Assembly: GCA_937919945.1 (NCBI GenBank)
Contig: CALESY010000119.1
Location: forward strand, 25,768-89,767
Source of the DNA: an uncultured Chitinophagaceae bacterium
GTDB taxonomy: Bacteria > Bacteroidota > Bacteroidia > Chitinophagales > Chitinophagaceae
DNA: 64,000 nt
Direction of reading: 5' to 3'
The notes beneath the pieces were generated by a model that saw only the letters and a list, made by a program, of their open reading frames with translations, searched no databases and was not told the origin of the DNA. The position numbers and the translations under genes were made by a program. This document shows, piece by piece, positions 46,868 to 57,174 of this stretch (the first letter of the stretch is position 1; each line of letters starts with the position of its first letter).

Positions 46868-49800
46868 ATGAAGAGTCTATTCTTAATGCTTTTGTTGTTA
46901 TCATCATTTATTGTAAGGGCACAGAATATGGTGCCTAATGGGAATTTTGAAGCGTATAGTTTATGCCCGACAAGTATTAGTGCAGTATCACAGGCCCCAC
47001 CATGGCGACCATATCATCAAGGAACATCAGATTACTTTCATGCTTGCTGTGGTTCATGTGGACTAGGTGTTCCTGTAAACGGTTGGGGATATCAATATGC
47101 AGCTAATGGTAATGGGTATATGGGGGGATTTTCTTTTGCAAACCGTATTGCGTTATCAGGTGCAACTGAATATATAGCTTCACCCATGACACCAATGACT
47201 ACGGGTACGCACTATGAAGTATCTATGTCCGTTAACTTATCTGATAATTCTAGCTATGGTAATAATGGCTTAGGTATATGGTTTTATGATGTTGGGGCGA
47301 GTACTACCTTGACAACTGGTTTCGCAACATTGACAGTTGTACCACAAGTGCATTATACAAATTACGGAGTGCTTACAGACACGCAGAATTGGGTGAGGCT
47401 TAGTAAAATTTATTTAGCAGACTCTGCATACGATAATCTTGTAATCGGTAAATTTGACCCTGTAGGTGGCTTAGATACTGCATCTATAAAACCTCTCAGT
47501 GGATCTTCCATATCTTATTATTTTTTTGATTCAGTAGTTATAAGGGTCGCAAGTGGTGTTAATAACCTCTATGCAGATTCATTAATATGCGCCGGTGATA
47601 CTTTCAGTGTACCTTATACACTTAATTCTTTCAGGCCATTCGGCTCAACAAATGTTTTTACAGCACAATTAAGTAATGCAAGTGGTTCTTTTAGTAGTGG
47701 TACTACAATTATAGGTACACGCACCTCTAACGCTCCTAGCAATATTACTTGTGTTGTCCCTGGAACTATTACGCCAGGCAGTAATTATCGTATTCGTATT
47801 TTGGCAAGTAATCCTGTCGATAGTTCTTATCCTAATCAACACTATATAAATGTCAGTACAATCCGTCCAATCGTCAGCAATACCAATAGTGGGCCTGTAT
47901 GTCCGGGCAATACTTTGAATTTATTTGCAACAAGTAGCATTACTGGTATCAGTTATCAATGGACAGGGCCTAATGGGTTTACGTCGTTGCTGCAAAATCC
48001 CGTTATTACTTCTACAACCCTTGCTGCTGATGGAAACTATATAGTAAAAACAAGGTTAATCGCTTGTGTAAGCCGCGATACAACCTATGGTGTTGTGTTA
48101 TCAGGTTCGTCTATTAATGCTACAGCTTCCAATCCCGCTTGCGAAAATGATACAATCAAATTAAATAGTATACTTGTAGGAAATCCTACAAGCTTTCATT
48201 GGGCAGGTCCAGGCACATTTGCCTCTTCTTCAAAAGATACATTCCGTACTAATGCTTCTGCATCTATGGACGGGGATTACATACTTACAGTAACTTATCC
48301 AGGTTGTGTTGTGAAGGATACTATCGCTGTTCAAGTAATTCCACTTGCTACCGGAAGAACATTGAGCAGTAATAGCCCTGTTTGTATAGGTGATACATTA
48401 AAGTTATACGCTTCCTCCAGCAGCACAAATGTTAGCTATACGTGGATAGGGCCTAATGGCTTTATACAACCTGTACAGAATGCTACGCGTTTGAATGTTA
48501 CATCTTTAGCAGCCGGGGTATATAATGTTATCTACAACCGCAATGGATGCCCTGTAAAGGATTCTCTTACAGTTGCCGTCAATCCCACACCACTTACCAT
48601 TATCGCATCTTCGAACGCCCCTCTTTGCGAGGCTGATACATTAAGGCTCAATGCTACCAATTCTTCATCGGGTGTCAGTTGGTCGTGGACGGGACCTAAC
48701 AGTTTTAGTGCATCCGTACAAAATCCGGTATTGCCAGGCGCCACATCTGCCGCAGCAGGTAATTATTTAGCACGGGCTACCTTCAGCAGTACCGGCTGCA
48801 ATAGCAAAGATACCGTTACCGTGCAAGTCAAGCCACTGCCTGCCAACTTCAATGCTACTGCCAATACCATCTGCGAGGGCAATACACTCTTTCTTTCTGG
48901 CAATACTACCAGAGCGGGGTTCGCTTTGCATGGACAGGGCCTAATGGGTTTAGTGATACTACGCAGAATACGAATATACCGTCAGCCACCATCGCATCAG
49001 CAGGCAATTATTATGTATCTGGAACGCTCGATGGCTGCACCATCCGCGATACGGTATATGCCAATGTTTTTGCCATTCCTCAAAAGCCCACCCTCTCTGC
49101 AAACACACCCGTATGTGTAGGGCAAGACCTTACATTATTTGCCACCACCACTGCCACAGGCGCTACCTATGCGTGGAGCAGCAACACAGGCTATACCTCT
49201 GCTGTGCAAAACCCCGTAAGGGCAGGCGCCACTACGGCTATGGCAGGTAAGTATTATGCTACTGCCACCGCCAATGGATGTACCTCGGCTGCAGACTCTA
49301 TCACGGTAGTAGTAAACCCCGCGCCCGTTATCAATATATACCCCAGCCCCAATGATAGTATATGCCAGGGTGCAAGCGTTACATTTATATCCAGCCTGTC
49401 AAATGCAGGCACTGCCTTTCAGCGTGCATGGTACAGGAACAATAACCGCATAACCGGTGCCACTGCCGCCAATTACAGCACTACCACCGCAGCCGACTAT
49501 GATGAATACTTTGCTACCGTCATTGCCGCGGGCGTGTGCGCCAACCCCTATACCGATAGCAGCAATAAAATAACCATGCGTGTATTCCCATGGTTACCTG
49601 CATCGGTATCTATTACTGCCAACCCTACCACCACCGTACCCAGCGGCACGATGATAAACTTTACTGCTACACCTGTAAACGGCGGTAATACACCTGCTTA
49701 TCAATGGACAAGAAACGGTACCAACATAGTGGGCGCACTGAGCAACGTATGGGGCGCCCCCAACCTGAGCAATAATGACGAGATATGCGTAAATATGAGC

Positions 49801-50121
49801 AGCAGTTATCTATGTCCCAATCCTAAAACAGCCAAAAGCAATTGCATACGTGTTAGCATCGAAACTACAGGCATCAATAGCTTAGCAATTGATAAGAACA
49901 TAAAAGTATATCCTAACCCTGTAAAAAATACTTTGATGATAGAAGACATCAAGCCGGGGGCACTCATTACTATGCACGATCTTGCCGGACGACCATTGTT
50001 AACTACTACTGCTATTAATACCACAACATCCATCAACACATCTTCACTGGCAAGCGGCATCTATTTATTATCTGTTAACACAGACAATAAAAGTGTACGT
50101 TATAAAATAGTGAAAGAGTAG
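46868..50121 (+). pseudogene. T9SS-secreted Ig-like-repeat protein (about 1084 aa), split by a -1 frameshift at G4 48916-48919
   Basis: Adding one G restores AGVRFAWTGPNGF and an open frame into ORF 49204..50121, ending in a T9SS CTD (VYPNP...GIYLL...KIVKE); could be a sequencing error. Confidence 0.85.
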
Positions 50122-50320
50122 GCTTACTAACTATCCGAATGTAATTAAAATTGTGTATATTTGCTATAGTAAACCATTGTTCAAAAAACTTGTAATATTG
50201 GTGTTGTTTGAATTTGTTGCATTTTTCATAAAACCTCACATTTGCAACAAAACGCAACAAAACCCTATACTCTCTACAGAACGAAATATACCTTAGACAT
50301 AATTCTGTAATTTTGCACCC

Positions 50321-51847
50321 ATGTCAAAAAAAGCAATGCTCATTATTATGGATGGCTGGGGGCACGGGCAGGTGCCTGCTGCCGATGCCATAGCCAATGC
50401 AAATGTTCCGTTCGTTAAGTCTTTATACAACCAATACCCCAATACCGAACTGATAACCTGCGGAGAGGCAGTAGGCCTGCCGGACGGGCAAATGGGCAAT
50501 AGCGAAGTCGGCCACCTGAACCTTGGTGCGGGGCGTATAGTGTATCAGGAGTTGCAACGCATCAATGTGGCTGTGCGAGATGGTGAACTTGCCAACAACC
50601 CTGTTTTCCTGAAAGCATTAAACAATGCAAGAGATAATAACAAAACCCTGCACCTGATAGGCCTTGTAAGTGATGGTGGGGTACACTCACATATCAACCA
50701 CCTGAAGGCGCTGTGCACATTAGCAAGCAAACACAATGTACCCCGTGTAGCCATTCATGCTTTTACAGACGGGCGCGATACAGACCCCAAAAGCGGCTAT
50801 ACTTATCTGCAAGATGTACAACAACACCTTGTAATATCAGGCGGCTTCATCGCCTCTGTAACAGGCAGGTATTATGCAATGGATAGAGATAAGCGATGGG
50901 AGCGGGTAAAGCTGGCTTATGATGCCCTTACAAAAGGCATCGGGGAAAAAACACAGGATGTATTCGCAAGCATACAGGCTAGCTACGATGCAGATATTAC
51001 AGATGAGTTCATCAAACCCATCATAGCAACTGATAAAGAAGGTAATCCGCTGGCTACAATACAGAATGGCGATGTGGTTATATGTTTTAACTTCCGTACA
51101 GACCGGTGCAGAGAAATAACACAAGTGCTGACACAAGAAGCTTTCCCTGAACAGGATATGCAACCACTTAACCTGCACTATGTCACCATGACGGAATATG
51201 ACAAGACTTACAAAAACGTAGATGTAATATTTTATAACGACAATCTTAACAATACGTTGGGCGAAGTATTGGCAGCGCATGGAAAAAAACAAATACGCAT
51301 TGCCGAAACAGAGAAGTACCCGCATGTTACTTTCTTTTTCAGCGGCGGCAGAGAAGCGCCCTTTGATGGTGAAAGCAGAATATTAAAACCATCCCCAAAA
51401 GACGTTCCTACTTACGACCTGAAACCTCAGATGAGTGCTATTGAACTGACTGACGCCATAGTGCCTGAAATAGAAAACCAAACTGCTGACTTTATTTGCC
51501 TGAACTTTGCTAATGCTGATATGGTTGGCCATACAGGTGTATGGGAAGCCGCCAAAAAAGCGGCAGAAACAGTTGATAGTTGTGTCAAGAGAATTGTACC
51601 TGCAGCCTTAGCAAATGATTATTGTGTATTCCTGACTGCAGACCACGGCAATAGTGACTTTATGATAAACGAGGATGGTAGTGTAAATACTGCACACACG
51701 CTAAACCCTGTTCCTTTGTTTGTAATTAGCAACGATTACAAAGGCCATGTACGCCCCGGTAAGCTGGGCGATATTGCACCTAGTATATTATACTACATGG
51801 GTATACCTATACCAAGCGAAATGACAGGCAATGTATTGATAGATTAA
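50321..51847 (+). CDS. gpmI: 2,3-bisphosphoglycerate-independent phosphoglycerate mutase
   Basis: IMDGWG, GNSEVGH, SDGGVHSH, AETEKYPHVT, ADMVGHTG, TADHGN; -7 box TAATTTTG at 50308-50315. Confidence 0.97.
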   Translation: MSKKAMLIIMDGWGHGQVPAADAIANANVPFVKSLYNQYPNTELITCGEAVGLPDGQMGNSEVGHLNLGAGRIVYQELQRINVAVRDGELANNPVFLKALNNARDNNKTLHLIGLVSDGGVHSHINHLKALCTLASKHNVPRVAIHAFTDGRDTDPKSGYTYLQDVQQHLVISGGFIASVTGRYYAMDRDKRWERVKLAYDALTKGIGEKTQDVFASIQASYDADITDEFIKPIIATDKEGNPLATIQNGDVVICFNFRTDRCREITQVLTQEAFPEQDMQPLNLHYVTMTEYDKTYKNVDVIFYNDNLNNTLGEVLAAHGKKQIRIAETEKYPHVTFFFSGGREAPFDGESRILKPSPKDVPTYDLKPQMSAIELTDAIVPEIENQTADFICLNFANADMVGHTGVWEAAKKAAETVDSCVKRIVPAALANDYCVFLTADHGNSDFMINEDGSVNTAHTLNPVPLFVISNDYKGHVRPGKLGDIAPSILYYMGIPIPSEMTGNVLID

Positions 51848-52953
51848 CGTAAATATTTGCCAACGCTATCTGCAACTATCTGTGCAACAACCTTTGTTCC
51901 TGCAGATGTATAGTGTGAATAGTCATAGTAATATTCGGAGTTCTTTGGCATAGCTACAGCAAGGTCTATGAGGTTGATGTTTTGACTGTTGCGGAGTTGC
52001 ATAAGTACATCGTTATATCTGTCAAGTATCATGCCTTGCAACTGGGCATTTCTACCATTAGCAATTTGTATGTTGGTAAAATCCAAACCTGTAGCCGGGT
52101 CGTTAAAAGATGCATAAAGTGATGGCTGTGTAAGGAATATGGGTGTTATATTGTTGGCTTTGCAAATGCTGTCTAACTGCAATATGCGTTTGCGATATGC
52201 ACCTGTATAACGGCTTTGTTCATTTGCTTGTAGCCGCATATCTGCATCGTTTATTATCAGTTTTGGTTGCTTTGCATAATCCACCACCCGGTGTGTCATG
52301 CCTTGCTTGCGCGCTATGCGGTAGCGGTAGATGTTTTCTGCCAAAGCACCTATCTCCGTTTTCTTCATCAGCGAACGTAAAAAACTTTTCAGGCTGTGTG
52401 TATCCCATTCATTACTATGGTAGGTATCAAAGCCACCCATCGCGCTTTCTTCCATATCGTTCACCCCAGTCAGGAATATGATATAGTTGGGTTTGAGAGA
52501 GAGTATGTGTTCTTGCAATAGCAGTAAATGCCCGAAGGTAGATGTGCCATCTAGGCCAGCATTGTTGAGCCACAGATTGGGTATGTGTTGTTGCAACTTG
52601 TTTTTGAGTAATTCAGGCCATGTAAGGCTATCGCTATTATAAGAGCATTCTGTAGTGCTGCCTCCTATAGTGATAATTTTTACATACCGTTCAGGTTGTT
52701 TAGGAAGCTCCCCACCACGCAAGCCAAGCGAGTTGCGGGTATAATGTATTACATGTTCCAGCTTAGGGCTTCCCGGGTTTTGATGTGATATCTGTTGGTT
52801 GGCAGGCAATACTATCTTACCATGTTTTACACGGAAAGGGAATGGCTGAAATATGCGCAGCAATACCTCTACCAACAAAAAAGCAACCAACACTCCGAAA
52901 AACAATGCTTTTACATTGCCCCAAAGTGTTGGTTGCTTCTTTACTTTTTCCAT
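51844..52953 (-). CDS. SGNH/GDSL hydrolase-family membrane-anchored protein
   Basis: N-terminal TM, GGSTT (Ser), GVND, DYSH. Confidence 0.85.
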   Translation of the reverse strand: MEKVKKQPTLWGNVKALFFGVLVAFLLVEVLLRIFQPFPFRVKHGKIVLPANQQISHQNPGSPKLEHVIHYTRNSLGLRGGELPKQPERYVKIITIGGSTTECSYNSDSLTWPELLKNKLQQHIPNLWLNNAGLDGTSTFGHLLLLQEHILSLKPNYIIFLTGVNDMEESAMGGFDTYHSNEWDTHSLKSFLRSLMKKTEIGALAENIYRYRIARKQGMTHRVVDYAKQPKLIINDADMRLQANEQSRYTGAYRKRILQLDSICKANNITPIFLTQPSLYASFNDPATGLDFTNIQIANGRNAQLQGMILDRYNDVLMQLRNSQNINLIDLAVAMPKNSEYYYDYSHYTSAGTKVVAQIVADSVGKYLR

Positions 52954-54596
52954 TACAGGAAGGTACTGTAGAAATACGGTGTCTTGGCTTCAAACTCGGC
53001 ACTGCAGGTATCTACCATTTTATATACCCGGGTTATGCCCAGTTTCTTGCGGTATTCGTACACTTCTTCTGCGGTACAGTCTTTTACAAACTCTGCTATC
53101 TGCTCATCACTAAAGCCCATTTGCTTGGCGTCGCGGAGCAGGTCGGCAGGCATATTGCCAAGGTGTTTTATTTCTTTTAGTTTGTTCTCCAGCGTTACAA
53201 TGTCTTGTATCTGGTAAAGAAACCAACGGTCTATATGCGTTATCTCACGAAGTGTTTTAATAGATATACCTGCTGCTATGGCCTCTTTTATTTTAAATAT
53301 CCTGTCCCATGTTGGGCGTTTGATAGATTCCAGCAATTCTTCAGGCTTCATACGTTGTGCGCTGATGAATGATAAGCCCGTTGCGTTGTTCTCCAAACTC
53401 TGGCAGGCTTTCTGCAAAGCCTCGGGGAATGTACGCCCTATTGCCATTACCTCACCTACCGATTTCATCTGGAAGCCCAGTGTATCGTCTGCCCCTTTAA
53501 ACTTATCAAAGTTCCAGCGTGGCATTTTTACAATCACATAGTCAAGCGCAGGCTCAAAGTATGCAGATGTGGTTTGTGTAATCTGGTTTTTCAACTCGTC
53601 GAGGTTGTAGCCTACCGCCAGCTTAGCAGCTATTTTGGCTATGGGATAGCCAGTAGCTTTTGAAGCCAACGCAGATGAACGGCTCACACGTGGGTTGATT
53701 TCTACTACGATGATTTCTTCCGTTTCAGGATTGAGGGCAAACTGTACGTTACAACCACCTGCGAAGTTGCCCAACGCACGCATCATACGAATAGCTGTGT
53801 TGCGCATCAGTTGGAAGGCAGTATCGCTCAGCGTCATAGCGGGAGCAACCGTAATACTATCGCCCGTATGAATGCCCATTGGGTCGAAGTTTTCGACCGT
53901 ACATATGATGGCTACATTATCGGCAGAGTCGCGGAGCAGTTCCAGCTCAAATTCTTTCCAGCCCATAACGGCTTTTTCTACAAGCACCTCATGTATAGGA
54001 GATGCCGTAAGGCCTTTTTCCAAAGCGGCGTCTAAATCTTCTTTATGAAACACAAGGCCGCCACCTGTACCCCCCAGTGTAAAAGACGGGCGTATAACCA
54101 ATGGTATGCCTATCTCTTGTGCAAACTCTTTACCTTCCAGCAGCGAGTTGGCTATTTTGGCCGGCGCAACGGGTATCCCCATTTCTATCATCCAGAGGCG
54201 GAATTTTTCACGGTCTTCCGCTTTGTCTATCGCTTTAGTATCAACACCTATCAGGCGCACGTTATACTCATTCCACAGCCCTATCTCTTCGGCTTCCATA
54301 GCCAGGTTCAGGGCTGTCTGCCCACCCATAGTAGGTAGTACAGCATCTATTTCATTTTCCTTCAGTATTTTCTCTATGCTTTCTACATTCAGCGGCAGCA
54401 GGTATACTTTGTCGGCAACAATGCTATCAGTCATTACCGTAGCGGGGTTGCTGTTGATGAGTACTACCTTAATACCTTCTTCGCGAAGGCTGCGTGCTGC
54501 TTGTGAACCGGAATAGTCGAATTCGCAGGCCTGACCTATTATAATAGGTCCTGAACCGATGATGAGAACCGTCTTTATGGAAGTATCTAATGGCAT
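52953..54596 (-). CDS. carB: Carbamoyl-phosphate synthase large subunit, N-terminal half only (547 aa)
   Basis: GSGPIIIGQACEFDYSG, INSNPAT, NPRVSRSSALASKATG, YKMVDTCSAEF; stops at TPYFYSTFL. Confidence 0.92.
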   Translation of the reverse strand: MPLDTSIKTVLIIGSGPIIIGQACEFDYSGSQAARSLREEGIKVVLINSNPATVMTDSIVADKVYLLPLNVESIEKILKENEIDAVLPTMGGQTALNLAMEAEEIGLWNEYNVRLIGVDTKAIDKAEDREKFRLWMIEMGIPVAPAKIANSLLEGKEFAQEIGIPLVIRPSFTLGGTGGGLVFHKEDLDAALEKGLTASPIHEVLVEKAVMGWKEFELELLRDSADNVAIICTVENFDPMGIHTGDSITVAPAMTLSDTAFQLMRNTAIRMMRALGNFAGGCNVQFALNPETEEIIVVEINPRVSRSSALASKATGYPIAKIAAKLAVGYNLDELKNQITQTTSAYFEPALDYVIVKMPRWNFDKFKGADDTLGFQMKSVGEVMAIGRTFPEALQKACQSLENNATGLSFISAQRMKPEELLESIKRPTWDRIFKIKEAIAAGISIKTLREITHIDRWFLYQIQDIVTLENKLKEIKHLGNMPADLLRDAKQMGFSDEQIAEFVKDCTAEEVYEYRKKLGITRVYKMVDTCSAEFEAKTPYFYSTFL

Positions 54597-54907
54597 CTTT
54601 TTAGTACTAAGTAGAAAGTATTACGTAATAAGTTGATGTACGATGAGCCGATACAAAAATCGGGCTCAACGCCCGAAGCGCAAAATTAATAAAAACCCGC
54701 CTAACATCCCCATGAGATGAATAAATTTATTATTCGAGTTGTGAAATAGTTGTTTGGGCTTACAGGGATACTTCAAAAAAGAGATTTACATAAGCAATGT
54801 TATTGCTTTGAATTATCCTTATTGTAAATGAATTTGAGAAAGCGATTTAGTGTATTTCATGGTTTTATTGGCACGAAAAATGCTTATTATATCTAAACTT
54901 ATAATCT

Positions 54908-55393
54908 ATGAAAAACTTATTAGCCATTATTTTGATTGTAATTATGGGCGCTTCTTGTCGCTATACTACATGCGAAGAATCTCGTATATATATAGAGTAT
55001 CAAGGAAAAGAGATTGATAAGATGATTTTTAACTTTAAGAAGTATGAAAAAGGTAGTGGGTTTGAAAAGTTGTTAAGTACAGTTACTGATAGTGCAGAAT
55101 ATAAATACAGCCCCTATGCAGGGCAATACATTATCTGGGCAGAGCCGAGGTTCTTGGACGGGAACAATGATTACATCATAGAAATACCTGAAACAGGAAA
55201 AGTCTACAAAATATATGATATAACATATAGTGGCAAAAAGAAAGCATTTGCTGGTGGAACGACAAGTGAAATCGACACCAAATGCACTCGAGATATAAGC
55301 TATAAAGTAAATGGAACTGAATATACTGTTAATGGCACAGTATATAGTTATGGAGGCTATGCAGAGAGACCTAAAATTATAATTACTAAATAA
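54908..55393 (+). CDS. Hypothetical lipoprotein in an AT-rich island
   Basis: Lipobox IMGASC, 161 aa. Confidence 0.75.
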   Translation: MKNLLAIILIVIMGASCRYTTCEESRIYIEYQGKEIDKMIFNFKKYEKGSGFEKLLSTVTDSAEYKYSPYAGQYIIWAEPRFLDGNNDYIIEIPETGKVYKIYDITYSGKKKAFAGGTTSEIDTKCTRDISYKVNGTEYTVNGTVYSYGGYAERPKIIITK

Positions 55394-55482
55394 AACAAAA
55401 ACTATTATAATGTAATTATATACATACAGAAGAATTGATAACTCATGGATGCTTGTAATACTGTGTTTATGCTATCGCATTG

Positions 55483-55565
55483 ACCAACAATACATGCTCG
55501 AGTAGAATAATACCCGAAATAAAGCTTAACTTTTTTATTGGTTGTTAGTGATGGACACTAACAAC
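55483..55565. repeat. About 80-bp imperfect direct repeat, copy 1
   Basis: ACCAACAATACATG..CG.GTAGA..ACCCGAAATAA.GCTTAACTTTTT..ATTGGTTG..CACTAACAAC shared with 56757-56833; includes a perfect 10-bp hairpin at 55541-55565. Confidence 0.85.
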
Positions 55566-55573
55566 GGTATTGT

Positions 55574-55601
55574 AAAAAGAGCTATTTTCATAGCTCTTTT
55601 T
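55574..55601. terminator. Terminator of the LamG/T9SS gene
   Basis: AAAAAGAGCTAT-TTTC-ATAGCTCTTTTT. Confidence 0.88.
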
Positions 55602-55622
55602 ATTTCGTCATTTTAGGATAGC

Positions 55623-56663
55623 CTAATGCTGAACTATCAATTTGTGTACCTGGGTAGCATCGCCCAACCGTAGCTGTACATAATATACACCTGTAGGTAC
55701 ATGTTGCAGGTCTACCTGTTTAAGCACCGAGTTATTGGTAGGAGTTGCAGCATCTTCAAGCATTACTTGCCCGATGCTGTTGTGTACACAAATTTTTATA
55801 GGGTTGTTTGTGCTAACCAAACCACTAATAGTGAACGAACCACTAGTAGGATTAGGGAAGATATTGAGTGATTGCTGGTTTTCGGGAGATACAGCGACAT
55901 TAGTTTCGCCATTCAGGTTGTTATAGTGATTGCAGTAACTGTCTATCTCGGTAGTAGAAAGTGTTCTACCATACAGGCGCATATCATCTATAGCACCATT
56001 AACCCAATATGGGTAGCCTGTTCCTGAACCTGCACCGTATGCGCCTATGGTAATCCCTGATGTAGATGTTCCCATAGTTGTTGGAGAGCTCAAAACGTCT
56101 GTACTTTTCAGAATACCGTTAATGTACATTTTCGATGTAGTACCATCGAAAGTACCGATTACACAATACCAGTTTTTCGAAATAATATTCGGACTATACT
56201 GTTGAGCGGTAGCGTTTGTTAATGATCTTGCCATCAAGCCGAATACTTCTTTACTAGTGTCTAACACCCCGCAACTGTTGTACGGATTATCGTATGCCTG
56301 TAAGCCATATCCACCGGCGGTGCTTACATCACCCCTTGCTATGACATAGTTACCCTCACAAGTACCTGTATAATAATCATTCAGCTTTATGATAGTGCAT
56401 ATAGTTATGGTATCTGTATTCATAGCAGCCTTGTATGGAACATTAATAAAACTGCTTGTACCATTCAAAACCACGGCACTGTTTGCAGTGCTGCTTTTGC
56501 CTAACCCATAAGAAATAGCTGTACCGGTACCATGCAGTGCATTACCAGATGCATCCATAGTGTTGCCATTGAAAGACCAATGCGCAATAAGTTTTTTGGT
56601 AAATTGTCCGTTTGAAATCAGTGGGAACAGAACCACTACAAAAAGGATTGAGATTTTCTTCAT
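55623..56663 (-). CDS. LamG-like jellyroll protein with T9SS C-terminal domain
   Basis: Signal peptide, AHWSFNGN..DASGN, IGAYG, GAIDDMRLYGR.L, IFPNPT...GVYYV. Confidence 0.87.
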   Translation of the reverse strand: MKKISILFVVVLFPLISNGQFTKKLIAHWSFNGNTMDASGNALHGTGTAISYGLGKSSTANSAVVLNGTSSFINVPYKAAMNTDTITICTIIKLNDYYTGTCEGNYVIARGDVSTAGGYGLQAYDNPYNSCGVLDTSKEVFGLMARSLTNATAQQYSPNIISKNWYCVIGTFDGTTSKMYINGILKSTDVLSSPTTMGTSTSGITIGAYGAGSGTGYPYWVNGAIDDMRLYGRTLSTTEIDSYCNHYNNLNGETNVAVSPENQQSLNIFPNPTSGSFTISGLVSTNNPIKICVHNSIGQVMLEDAATPTNNSVLKQVDLQHVPTGVYYVQLRLGDATQVHKLIVQH

Positions 56664-56756
56664 AAGTAGGTTGAAATATTTGTATAAATATAGGCAATAA
56701 TAATAGGGATTTGTGCAGGATTGTTATCATGTGCTCTTGTATAGTTGCTGTTTCTC

Positions 56757-56833
56757 ACCAACAATACATGTTCGCGTAGAACCCGAAATAAGGCTTAACT
56801 TTTTATTGGTTGATGGTTAGGAACACTAACAAC
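56757..56833. repeat. About 80-bp imperfect direct repeat, copy 2
   Basis: Aligns to 55483-55565 with two small gaps and a few substitutions. Confidence 0.85.
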
Positions 56834-57138
56834 TGCATGGAATGAAAAAATGAACAAAAGTTGATGATATATAAAGATTGAAGCTACTGAAAGCTGTAAT
56901 TACCTCTTTTGAATTTTCATTGAGTGAATTATGTTTATCAAAATGTAGTGATAACCATTCGGGATAGAATCTTGCGCAAGATTAAGCAAATGATTAGCGA
57001 GAGATATTAACCCTTCTTTGTTAGCAGTTATATTTATTACACCATTATCATAAGAGGACTCAATTGCAAAGCCATCAACCCATTTGAATTGGAACCCCCT
57101 GTTTTATCATATTCAGGGATATCAATTTTCAACTCCAT
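56826..57138 (-). pseudogene. Imm32-like polymorphic-toxin immunity gene with two frameshifts; absent from the ORF track
   Basis: Repaired translation MELKIDIPEYDKTGGFQFKWVDGFAIE...ITANKEGLISLANHLLNLAQDSIPNGYHxHFDKHNSLNENSKEVI; family recalled from memory. Confidence 0.65.
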
Positions 57139-57174
57139 GATATTTGAAAGTTCGTTAAGGATTAAAACATTTCC

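Noticed and set aside
52800-52955. carB continuing by frameshift
   Set aside because: The downstream sequence encodes a coherent TM-anchored SGNH protein; no frame shows the expected CPS.B start (LGSGPNRIGQG-like)
55483-56833. CRISPR array
   Set aside because: Only two ~80-bp imperfect copies separated by a 1.2-kb gene-containing segment; no cas genes
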